From the NCBI GenBank assembly GCA_031835245.2, contig JAVKOQ020000029.1:304561-324560 (forward strand): 20,000 bases of DNA, in the 5' to 3' direction. Below the pieces are notes generated by a model. It did no database searches and was not told the DNA's origin. It saw only the letters and a program-made list of their open reading frames with translations. The translations under genes and the position numbers were made by a program. The DNA comes from Balamuthia mandrillaris (Eukaryota). Numbering within the stretch: position 1 is the stretch's first letter; the number at the start of each line of letters is the position of its first letter. This document shows positions 1 to 9,152 of the stretch, in pieces.

Positions 1-212
1 TTGGATTGGAGCTTGGCCTCGTCGCCGTACTTGCTGGCCATGTCCTCGGCGATATCCACCAGCACCAAGACGGCCTGTTTGACGGCCTCGGCGCCTGGCG
101 CGATGTTGGGCAAGGTGCTGTTGTTCTCCTCAGCCTCCACAGAGAACAGGACCAACTGCGTTACCGCGTCGGCCACCGCCTCCAGCACTTGCTCCATTCC
201 CGTTTCAGCCAT
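1..212 (-). CDS. Vinculin/alpha-catenin family protein, N-terminal part (runs off the window)
   Basis: Not in the ORF track. Manual translation from ATG at 212 gives MAETGMEQVLEAVADAVTQLVLFSVEAEENNSTLPNIAPGAEAVKQAVLVLVDIAEDMASKYGDEAKLQS. This resembles, from memory, the vinculin head N-terminus (IESILEPVAQQISHLVIM...IPDLTAPVAAVQAAVSNLV) and Dictyostelium vinculin/alpha-catenin. The reading frame is GC-rich and preceded by an A-rich leader. Confidence 0.8.
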   Translation of the reverse strand, partial: MAETGMEQVLEAVADAVTQLVLFSVEAEENNSTLPNIAPGAEAVKQAVLVLVDIAEDMASKYGDEAKLQS

Positions 213-611
213 CTGTTTCTTTGTTTTTTTTTGTGTGTGTTTATTCAAAAGTAAAAGCGAGTTAAACAGAGCGAGTAGCAACTATTCCTGAGAGAAGGCT
301 GTACCACTGCTTCCTCTCCCGACAAGCCTTTTTTTTTCTCTCTTTCCTTGCCACACAGGAATACTAGAGAGCAGCAAAGCGCTGACCGAAAAGAAATCTA
401 TTTCAAAAAAAAAAAAAGTTAAATTGGAGTGTCCTGGGAGATCAAATTGGCCAAACTTTGTGCAGAGATCTGAGGAGGGGGGTGATGTCCGTATTTCCTT
501 TTATGAGGCGGAGTGACGTGTGCGGGGTGTCCCTTTGTCCACCCGACAAGAAAAGTAAAGCTCGACAGAAGGTCGGGCAGGATAGAAGGGGGTCTGGTCA
601 AGGCAACAAGG

Positions 612-1812
612 ATGGTGGATATCATCACACGGAAAAACAGAACCATGTAAGTAAAACCATCCAATCTTCTCTCTCCTTTGCTCTCTCTCCTCTTTCTCTG
701 TATCTACCTACCCCTTCATCAGCTACGCGTTAGCCGCACTATCCGTATTCTTTTGTGTGCTTTGGTTGCGGAGCTCACGTTCTTCAACTACTTACACTGT
801 TATCCGCTATGAAACAGCCCCGACGCCACAACCTACTTCCCAATATCCCTACATGAATAGTAATAACAAGTTCAAGCGAAGGGACCAGGCTGACCCCTCC
901 CCTCTTTCAATCGACCCAACAACTGCCCCCCTCAGCGACCAGTGCATAATCTTTTGGCACGTTACCAAAACCGGGGGAACAACTCTCCGGCATATCCTCC
1001 TTCGTGAAGCCACAGCCAGAGGACGCACCGTGGAACACATGGACGAGTTTGTCACCCTTCCAGGGGACATAACTTTTGGCCACGTGGCTCCAGGCCGTAT
1101 CATCCAACTACTAGAAAACGGCCGGGCAGAGGAGCGTCGGCTCAAGGGAGGAAAACAATGCTACTGGTTGACAAGCAACCGTGACCCTTTAGAGCGTTTT
1201 ATCTCCCGGTTCTACTTTCGCAGGGAGTGGGGACCCTCTTTGGAGGACTTTGTGCGAAGCGGGGATCCAGCCCTCCGCACCTTTCCCATCTTTAACAACC
1301 GCAACCTGCTGGATCGCACGCTCAACCTCCTCGACGAGTTTGACCTCATCCTTTTGTCAGAACGCTTCGATGAGTCGTTGATACTTCTGGTTGAGGAGGA
1401 CCACGTCCTTTCCCACAACGCCCTCAACTACACTAGCTACGGCGTCATCCAAGGGCGCCCCAAACAGGACGACTTGCCACCCGACGTGCGTGCTCGGCTA
1501 CGTGAGCTGCTGGCCCTGGACCTGCGTTACTTTGAGGCCACGCAGCGGCATTTGGAGCGGCGGATAGAGCGGTTCGGGGTGGAGCGGATGCGGGAGAGGC
1601 TAGAGGACCTGCAACGGTGGAGAGGGGAACCGCCTTGCGCCAAGCCCAGGGAGGCACTGGTCAATGGCTCTGGCGCCTGCAAGAACTTTGGCTACATTGC
1701 CAAGCAGTTGCAGAAGCAAGCGAGGGTGGTCCAAGTCGTAGCTGTGCCCATCAAGCAGATGGTGTGGGTTAGTGTTGAAGCTCCCAAGAGGAAACAAAAT
1801 GGGATAAAATGA
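612..1812 (+). CDS. Golgi-type type II membrane sulfotransferase (Gal-3-O-/Sulfotransfer_2-like), 2 exons: 612-646, 723-1812
   Basis: Intron 647-722 (GTAAGT...pyrimidine tract...CAG) joins in frame to give MVDIITRKNRTIYALAALSVFFCVLWLRS, a short cytosolic tail plus TM anchor. PAPS-binding motifs are present: 5'-PSB FWHVTKTGGTTL and 3'-PB RDPLERFISRFYF, followed by ERFDESL and LDLRYF. Confidence 0.85.
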
Positions 1813-1884
1813 AAGAAGAAAGGAAGCGGTGGTAACGTTTGTTTGTTTTCTGTTTTTTTCGTTGCCCTCTTGGAGAGAAGAGAA

Positions 1885-3317
1885 ATGCAAGAAGCGCAGC
1901 AAGTGGAGGCACAAACGGGTGGGGTGGAGAGGTCCATAGTTCGTTTGGTTTGTTCGTGTCTTCGTCATTTTTTCTTCTTGAAAGAAAAGAACAACAACCA
2001 GCAGAAGCACAGAGAGAAGAAAGCGGTTGGAGCGTAAAAGAAATAGGGGACGGCAACCTCAACTTTGTTTATGTTGTCACTCGTCGCTCCCAAGATGGCC
2101 AGCAACAACAACAGGAGCGCAGCCTCGTCGTCAAGCAAGCGGTCCCTTATGTGCGAATGGTCGGCGAGAGTTGGCCTCTCTCCCCCGAACGGGCGTTCTT
2201 CGAGCATGAAGCACTGCGAGAGCAGCATCGACACGCTCCCGAGCACGTCCCTCGAGTCTTTCATTTCTTCCCTGGCCCTCACCATGCCACCGTCATGGAG
2301 TACCTTCCAAACGCCTCCTACCGTTCATTGCGTAAATCTTTGATTCGGGCACGAAAGCATCCAGCATTGGCTCCACACATGGCTCGTTTTCTCGCTCGCT
2401 CTTTGTTCTTCACGAGCGCTTTGTGTGAAGCGAATCGACAGCAAAACGATCGGTTGAGAGACATCTTTAACGGTAATCAACTCTATCGACTGACCCAAGC
2501 GGTCATCTTTGAGGAACCCTTCACACGAAACCACAAGAACAACCGATGGACGTCACATCCGCTGCTGGACGAGGAAGTGGCGAGCATCCAAGCCAACGCT
2601 GCCCTCCTTCGGCGCGTGGAAGAGGCCAAGACAACATTTCTGACCCACAAAGAAGCTTTGCTTCATGCCGATCTTCACACCGGATCCGTTCTAGTGGGAG
2701 AAGGTGGCGGAGAAACCAAAGTGCTTGACCCAGAGTTTGCTTTCTTCGGACCTATTGCTTTTGATGTTGGCCAGTTTGTTGGCAACTTGCTTCTCGCTGT
2801 ATACAGTCAGCGTGGCCTCGTTGAGAAGGAAGAGGAAGAGGAGAAAAGAAAGGATATGGAAGAATGGATCCTGACCGCCATCGAAGAACTATGGGACCGG
2901 TTTCTTGCTCTCTTTCGTGACTTGGTGGAACAGCACTCTTCCTACGGCTTGCTCTCTTTACCTTTGCATGAAGAGAAAGCTGGCGTGAAAGAAGGAAAAG
3001 AAGAGGAAGAAAGGATTTGGGAAGCCTTCACGACGCAGTTGCTGAAGGATGTGTTGGCGTTTAGCGGGGTGGTCATGATCAGACGGATTGTTGGCATTGC
3101 GCATGCGGAGGACATGGAGGTCATTCAACGGGTGGAGAGAAAGGTTGCCTGCGAGAGAAGAGCGCTTCGTATGGCTCAGCAGTTGATCCTCGCATCTCCT
3201 CCTTTTGACGAGAAGGAGAAGATAGAGGAGCAACAAGGCACAGGAGGAGGAGCGTCTATGCGTGATGTGCTGATGGATGTTAGACGTTCTCTTCTGTTGG
3301 AGGATGAAGCTGACTGA
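1885..3317 (+). CDS. mtnK: S-methyl-5-thioribose kinase (methionine salvage)
   Basis: Motifs EIGDGNLNFVY, VKQAVPYVRMVGESWPL, ALLHADLHTGSV, DPEFAFFGPIAFDVG and IRRIVGIAHAED. The start is uncertain: probably ATG 1885 with a short intron somewhere in ~1919-2004, since the ORF-track start at 1839 lies in UTR/intron-like sequence. Confidence 0.92.
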
Positions 3318-3334
3318 AAAAAAAAGAAAAAGAA

Positions 3335-3349
3335 AAAGGCGGTGTTCTG
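3335..3349. repeat. 15-bp direct repeat, copy 1 (AAAGGCGGTGTTCTG), at the 3' flank of the Fanzor remnant; putative guide position
   Basis: Exact match to 3866-3880. Confidence 0.95.
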
Positions 3350-3530
3350 ATGGATTAAAAGTCACACAAGTGAGTAAACTCACAAAATGAAAGTTCTTGC
3401 GAGGATGTGGTGATGGGGTGGACTAGTGGGCTTCAGAAGCGCCCATCCACTTTCCCACCAGCACGCCCCCATTGGCTCCATCGGGCAACGCTGCGCAACA
3501 GAGGCTCCGGAGGAGTATGTTGCGCGCTCC
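3335..3530 (-). ncRNA. Putative omegaRNA (scaffold ~3350-3530 plus guide ~3335-3349)
   Basis: Position overlaps the 3' end of the Fanzor ORF and reaches the element end. Inverted repeats: GCGCAACA 3493-3500/TGTTGCGC 3518-3525; GTGGA 3418-3422/TCCAC 3446-3450 enclosing TGGGC 3427-3431/GCCCA 3441-3445; ATGGGG 3413-3418/CCCCAT 3467-3472; GTGAG-TAAA-CTCAC 3370-3383. Boundaries are inferred. Confidence 0.55.
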
Positions 3531-3865
3531 ATTTATGTCGCGATCCAGTCGTATCCCACAGTCCCTGTGTTTGCACTCGAAGATCCGCTCTCGTCGATTG
3601 TGTTGTTTCTGTTCGTGGGTCACACGGAGGCACCAGGTGCAAGTCTTACTGGTCCAAGCCTCCGATCGAACGTAGACCCTGGGCCCCATTCCCTCGCCTT
3701 GTGCATCAGCCACTGGCGGAATCGGTAATGGCCCCAGGAGTAGAGCATCCTGGCCGTCTTTTTGCCGATCTTCCTCCGCCGTCTCCCCCGGATGGCAGTC
3801 ATGCCCTTTACACCAAAGGTGGGGATGATGACATGATCGTAGCGGCGGCACAGGAAGAGGGCCGT
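3350..3865 (-). mobile_element. 5'-truncated Fanzor2/IS607-TnpB-like insertion (516 bp) bounded by a 15-bp direct repeat
   Basis: Sequence between the two repeats is visibly more GC-rich than the A/T-rich flanks. TnpB/Fanzor similarity begins at the junction (TALFLC...), and the other end is a structured non-coding segment. Confidence 0.85.
3423..3865 (-). pseudogene. Fanzor2/TnpB RNA-guided endonuclease C-terminal remnant with one frameshift
   Basis: Frame A: TALFLCRRYDHVIIPTFGVKGM...RKIGKKTARMLYSWGHYRFRQWLMHKAREWG. A 1-nt frameshift at ~3681-3688 leads to frame B: RVYVRSEAWTSKTCTWC...FECKHRDCGIRLDRDINGARNILLRSL. These show Pro at the canonical RuvC-II position, the relocated Glu (EAWTSK), a zinc finger and RuvC-III DRDxNGARN. 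There is no RuvC-I, WED/REC region or start codon. Confidence 0.9.
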
Positions 3866-3880
3866 AAAGGCGGTGTTCTG
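3866..3880. repeat. 15-bp direct repeat, copy 2 (AAAGGCGGTGTTCTG), at the 5'-truncation junction
   Basis: Exact match to 3335-3349. Confidence 0.95.
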
Positions 3881-4027
3881 CAAAAGAAACGCTAGGTGTT
3901 TTGCATGCCAAAGAAGAGAAACAAGGAAAGAGCAGAGGGAGAGAACGAAATGAAAGGCGTTCCTTTTAACAGTTTTTGTTGGTTTTATAAGGGTTTGTGT
4001 TGTTGACTATAAGAAAGAGAGAGAGTT

Positions 4028-7000
4028 TCACGATGTAGAGGAAGAAGCAGAAGCAGATAAAGAGGAAGGCCCAACTGTAACTTTCCGTCTCTTCCGATCA
4101 AAGCTTTTGTGAATGACCTTTGAGTGTTTAAGATAAGGATCCTTCAGAAATAGAAACTCGAGGTCTTTGAGGTTAATCGTCCGACCGGTTTGTTGTTGCT
4201 GCGGACCAAGCGCTCGTCCTCTTGCTCCTCCCACCGTTGTGCCCGCAGCAGCAGAAGCAGGAAGATGTGATAACACAACGCCACTGCCACCAGCGGCAGC
4301 TGCTTTAGCGCTGGCTTTTTGTCGTTGCACCTGTTCTGTCATTCTTCGGAACATCAGCGCAAGTCTCTCAAACTCTTGAGCCATCTCAGGGGTGAGAGTG
4401 CCGGCTTGCTTGGCTTGCTGTAGTTGTTGAAGTTTTCGCAAGTGTTCTTTCGTGAATGTGATTTGCGGTTGTTGTGATTGTTGTTGTTGTGATGATGGTG
4501 ATGACGGGGGTGGGGGTTGGTTTTGTTGTTGTGGCTGAGAAGAAGGAAGATGACTTGTTGTGGCAGGGGTGGTTGTAGAAGCGGTGGGTCTTGTGCGAGG
4601 GCGGCCAATGTCGCCGATAGCTTGAAGGGCGGTTATGTTGGCGTGTCTGGTCCGAATCCTTTCTTCTTCTTCGTGGCGTCTTGCTTGTGTTTCCCGATCT
4701 CCTCCTTTCTTGCTGCTATCATCCTGTTTATTTATAGTCAGTTTCTCTCCATCTAATTTGAAAGTGAGAATAGCTAAAGTAACCTTTAATCCTTTTAGTT
4801 TTTCTTTTTCTTCAGCGTCTCTTTGCTCTTGTTCTTCCCGTTCTCTCTTTTCTATGAGTTGCAATTGTCGCCGTGGATCTGATGTGATGGTTATCTTAAA
4901 GTCATCCTTCAACGTATCCTGCCGCTGCTGAGAAATGATGGCGAGCTGTTCGATGATATTCCGTAAACGTTCCTCCACAGCACAGGTTAAATGATCGTAC
5001 ACTTCTTTATGAATTTGTTTCATTTGATGTATGCTTGCTGTTATTGATAAAGAGATAAATAAAATGGTGAGAAAACGCACTCACTGATGAAATGCAAAAC
5101 AGAAAAAAGAAAAATAAGGATCGATCGTAGTCAGACTGACGTGCAATTTCTCATCATAAAGATGCAGAGAAGCGATACTTTGTGTGTCATCATAAAGGAT
5201 GCAAGAAGGAGAACATGAAAAAGAGGGAAGATACCAATTTCTACAACTTTTCTCCGTAAAGCCTCTCGTTGCAAAAAGGGACCTCGCGGGTCTTCTTCTG
5301 GCCACACAAGATCCATTCCCGAGTCCTTCCCCTCCCCACGCATAAATCGAAGGGACTCTTCCTTGAGATTGACACCAGCAAACTGCGTTACATCGTTCAG
5401 CTGTTTTAACGAAGTGGGTTGATCGGCATCTGCTTTTTTGCTCTCAGCTCCAGTCTTTTTGGCTTTGGCAGCGCTTTGTGTTGGTGCTCCTCCGCTAAGA
5501 ATAAAAGAAAAAGCGAGTTAACAAAAAAGCTTTTGTAAAGCTGGCAGGTGGTCACTACCTTGAACTCAAATTATTCGCAGGAGGAGGTGGAGGCGGTTGT
5601 GTGAGTTGTTGTGAAGGTGTAGAAGCGGTTGAGCCAGTCGTGGGTGTTGTGCGTGGTTTTTTACTAATGGTGAATAAAAAGTAAATAACATAAACAAACC
5701 ATAACAGCATTAGACGTTTGTGGGAGTTCAAAGGCTGGATAACAAAGATAAAAGAACGGAGGGAGGGAGTCATACGCTGGAGGCTGTTTGATATCGGTGA
5801 TAATAGGAGGATTAGAGACGTTGGGTGTTGGAGTGTTGACAGTAGAGGAGGCGGTAGAAGGAGGTGGATGGATGGTTCCTCGTTTGACCATCCGAACGAT
5901 GGGCTGCTGTTTATTTTGTTCATCGACGACGTTCGCAAAGGCTTGTGTGGGCGGCCGGCCCTGTTGATGTGATGGTTGCTGTGGTGGTTGTTGTTGCGGA
6001 ATGGTAGTGCCTTGGGTAAGTTTGTAGGACGTTTGTGGAGGTGGTTGTTGCGGATGATGTTGTGGGTGCTGGGCGATAACGAGGAGAAATGGGCGAAAGA
6101 ACGAAAGAAAAATGAGACAGAAACTGGCAACAATACAAGAAGAGAATTACGTACGGTGGCAGAGGAAGGGGTAGTAGTGTGTGGAGGGGCCTGAGTGGAG
6201 ACAACACGGCTCTGTTGCGGGGCTCTTGGCTTGGAAAACTTTTTAATGAGCTCCATAGCAGTGGCAGGTCCAAGTGAGGCGCTCAGCTTATGCGTGAACT
6301 GCTCTTTGGTTATCTTTCCTGCCTATTAAACATTCATCGGAGTCAGAATAACAAAACGTCATCATTTCTGAAGACGGAAGCGAACGAGACAAGAAGGAAC
6401 ACTTTACCTGCAACTCACTCAAAAGATGTCTAAGCACGTCTTGGTAGTGTTGAGTCACTGATTGTGTCGTATGAGCAGTCAGAGGAGGAGGGGCTCCTCC
6501 TGGAGGAACGCCAGTGGCAACAGAAGGAGCAGGAGAAGAAGAGGGTGGCAGAGCAGTAACATGCGGCCGATGAGCGAGTGCAGCGCTTCTAGCAGCCGCT
6601 GCAGCTGCTGCACTGGCCGCGTTGGTGGTAGTAGCTGTCGAGTAAGAGGAGACACCGGAAGGAGCAGTTGATGTTGCAGAGGAGGTTACGGGCATGCCTG
6701 TAGAATGGAAGTTTGTGGTGGTGGCTGGTCGCTGATGAGAGAGTTGAGCAGCAGTTGTGTGTTGTGGATTAAGATTCGTAGCAGCGGGTGACATTGTTGT
6801 GGCTCTGTGTGCAGTAGCAGTGTAAGAAGGGGGAAGACCGACGCGTTGTTGTGTAGCAGTGGCCAGGGGTTGTTGTTGTGGCGGCCGTGCTTGTTGTGTT
6901 GTTTGCTGTGGCGTCAGAGAGGTTGGTGGTTGTCTTGGTGGTGCCACGTTTCGGCTTTGCACGGTCTCCTTCTGCAGCGACTCCGCCAAGAGGTTGATCT

Positions 7001-7088
7001 GCTGTGCGTCTCCATCCATCTCATCGACCGAGAAGAGACTGTCTCCAAGCGGATCAGGTGCTCCTCCACCGGGAGCAGTGCTACTCAT
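4028..7088 (-). CDS. TAF4: TFIID subunit TAF4, multi-exon (approx. 7088-6408, 6322-6155, 6068-~5706, ~5663-5558, ~5494-5235, ~5035-4028)
   Basis: Q/P/T/A-rich N-terminus followed by TAF4 motifs LNDVTQFAGVNLKEES, PFLQREALRRKV, histone fold VYDHLTCAVEERLRNIIEQL, ANITALQAIG and C-terminal RTINLKDLEFLFLKDPYLKHSKVI. GT-AG introns link the frames; later exon boundaries are approximate. Confidence 0.88.
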
Positions 7089-7457
7089 TTTCTTGCTACT
7101 CCTTTTTTTTGTGGCTTGTTTTTGTTTTTTGTTTTCCTTCTTTCCTCCCCAAAAGCAAGCAAAAATAATTACCCCTTTTTTTTCCCCCCTTTTTTTTTTG
7201 CCTCCTATTTTTATATCCTACGAGTGCTCTCTGGAGTTTGAAATTATGGGATAAGACGGGCCAAGAAGAAAGTGAACCCCCACAAGAATACGTCTGAGAT
7301 TAAGAGGTGATGTTAAAAATCAAAACCTTGTTATGACTGCAAACAACTTAAATAATGTGGTGGGATGAGGTGGGGTGGGATGAAGGATGGGGGGGTGGGG
7401 TGTTTGTCATGCGAGAGGTGAAGTGAAGAGAAGCCCTGGCTCTCTCAAGGGCTGTTT

Positions 7458-8882
7458 TCACCAAAACAACATGGGGGTGGAAGCAGCAGAGGACTGTTCC
7501 TCCGGGGCCTCTCCTTCCTGACCTTCCGCCAACCTGGCCCCGCTGGGCGCGGAGGTGGTCAAGCAGGCCGTCCTGGCGGAGACTCGGAAGGTGTACTGGC
7601 ACATCTGGGAGACAGCCACGGAGGGGAAGGCCGTGGCACGGCTGTTCACCGAGGCCGCCATGATGTTGCTGCTGTGCCTGGCTCCGAAGTTGTGGCCGAT
7701 CTCGTGGGCGGGGATGACCCAGCGAGCATTGCCGCCCATGTAGCCGGTGATGCCGCAGCCGCGGGTGGAGTAGAGGCAGATGGCGCCGTAGTAGGCCCTT
7801 CCCGCCACGCCGCTGCGGTCGGGCAGGCAGCCGGAGAGCAGGTGCCAGAGACCGATGGAGCGGTCTCCCTGGCGGGTCCTCCAGGAGCAGAAAGGAGAGA
7901 GACGGGACTGGACGTCGGAGGGGCAGCTGGCGGTGTTGAAGCCGAGGGAGGAGGCGGAGGAGTGGATGAGGAGGGACTTGATGACGGGCTTGTTGCGCAC
8001 GGCGGAGTAGTACTTGGACTGGAGGGTGTTGAAGACGTAGGAGATGGTGTTGCGGGCACCGGAGGAGCCGCCGGCCTTGCGGACGTACTGGTTGTCCGTG
8101 GCCACGCCCATTTGCAGGTAGGTGCTGCTGCGAGGGGGGCAGCTGCTGGTGGGAGAGGCATCGGCAAAGTCCTGGTTGTCCTCCTCTTCCTCCTCGTCCA
8201 CGGCCACGTCCTCATCGTCAGGAGTGCCACAGGAGAGGTTGGCTTGTTGCTCTTCCTCCTCCTCTTGTTGGCGGGCGCTCTGCTGGACGTTGTGCAACAT
8301 GTTGTTGAGGTCGTGGAGGTTCTCCTTGAAGACCACCATGTGGTTGCCCAGCATGTCGTGGAGCTCGTTGTCAAAGCTCCTCTTGAAGAGGGTGGGGTGG
8401 AGGTAGGTGGGCTCCACCACGAAGCTCTCCCCGGACTCCTCGTTGTTGATGCTCATGTGGAAGATGCCTTGCTCCTCATCCACCAAGACAGCGGAGACCA
8501 TGGCCTTGTCCTTGCCGTCGATCAGGGCCTCTCCCAAGTAGGCGTTGCTCCTCGGGGGGAAGCTCTGCACCAACTCGTCATCCTCGAACTCGGAGATGAG
8601 AGCATCGTCGGCAAAGAGCTCGGCATTGTGGTGCAAGGAGGCGGAGAACTGGCGGTCCAGAGCGCGGAAGGAGAGGGTCATGGAATGATGGCTGTTGAAG
8701 GTGGCATCCCCCACGGTCCTGCGTTGGACGGAGGTCTGGTCCTCCGGATGGTGGATGGTGAAGGAGATGGTGGAGAGCAACTCCCTTCTCTCAGGCAGGG
8801 ATTGGGAGCGAGCTGCAGAGAGAGAGATTCCTTTGATGAGAATGACAGAACAGACGGACATGCACTGCGTGGAAGGGAGAGG

Positions 8883-8937
<55 letters not shown>

Positions 8938-9048
8938 GGAGAAAGAAAACGGACCAACAATGTCAGCAAAGTCAGCAGAGCCGAAGGCCAAGGTGGCACA
9001 ACAGGCAAAGAAGAGCACTGCCAAGAGGGCGGTTTGTTTGGTCGTCAT
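7458..9048 (-). CDS. Secreted zinc metalloprotease, metzincin reprolysin/M12B-like, 2 exons: 9048-8955, 8812-7458
   Basis: Signal peptide MTTKQTALLAVLFFACCATLAFG. Intron 8954-8813 (GTCCGT...CTGCAG) splices in frame. The prodomain has a Cys-switch-like LSCGT and an acidic linker, followed by LQMGVATD, GVAGRAYYGAIC, the zinc motif HEIGHNFGARH and the Met-turn NIMA. Confidence 0.88.
8888..8928. repeat. (GA)n/(TC)n microsatellite inside the metalloprotease intron
   Basis: About 20 consecutive GA units. Confidence 0.95.
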
Positions 9049-9121
9049 TGTCAGTGTTCCGATTGTTGTTGTTGTTGTTGGTGGTGAGTGTTGGTTGTTG
9101 AAGATGTGAAGGTGAGAAGAA

Positions 9122-9152
9122 GGAATGGTGGCAGGAGGGCTGGATATTTATA
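9122..9152 (-). promoter_or_regulatory. Candidate TATA box (TATAAATA, 9152-9145) and Inr-like CCATTCC (9128-9122) for the metalloprotease gene
   Basis: Consensus TATA lies ~26 nt upstream of a pyrimidine-flanked A and ~100 nt upstream of the ATG at 9048. Confidence 0.5.

Noticed and set aside
1..291. Plus-strand ORFs 1..291 and 6..254
   Set aside because: Antisense shadows of the vinculin-like frame.
3675..3695. Programmed ribosomal frameshift in the Fanzor remnant
   Set aside because: No canonical X XXY YYZ slippery heptamer and no start codon. A 1-nt deletion or sequencing error is simpler.
3335..3880. CRISPR-like array, LTR or terminal inverted repeats
   Set aside because: There are only two 15-bp direct copies ~530 bp apart, and I could see no inverted termini.
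3423..3911. 162-aa ORF as an intact small TnpB
   Set aside because: Its N-terminal half is out of frame with the Fanzor similarity and starts in host flank beyond the direct repeat. RuvC-I is absent.
7674..9101. 475-aa plus-strand ORF
   Set aside because: Antisense shadow of the codon-biased metalloprotease. It is V/G-rich and reads through the GA microsatellite (ERERER).
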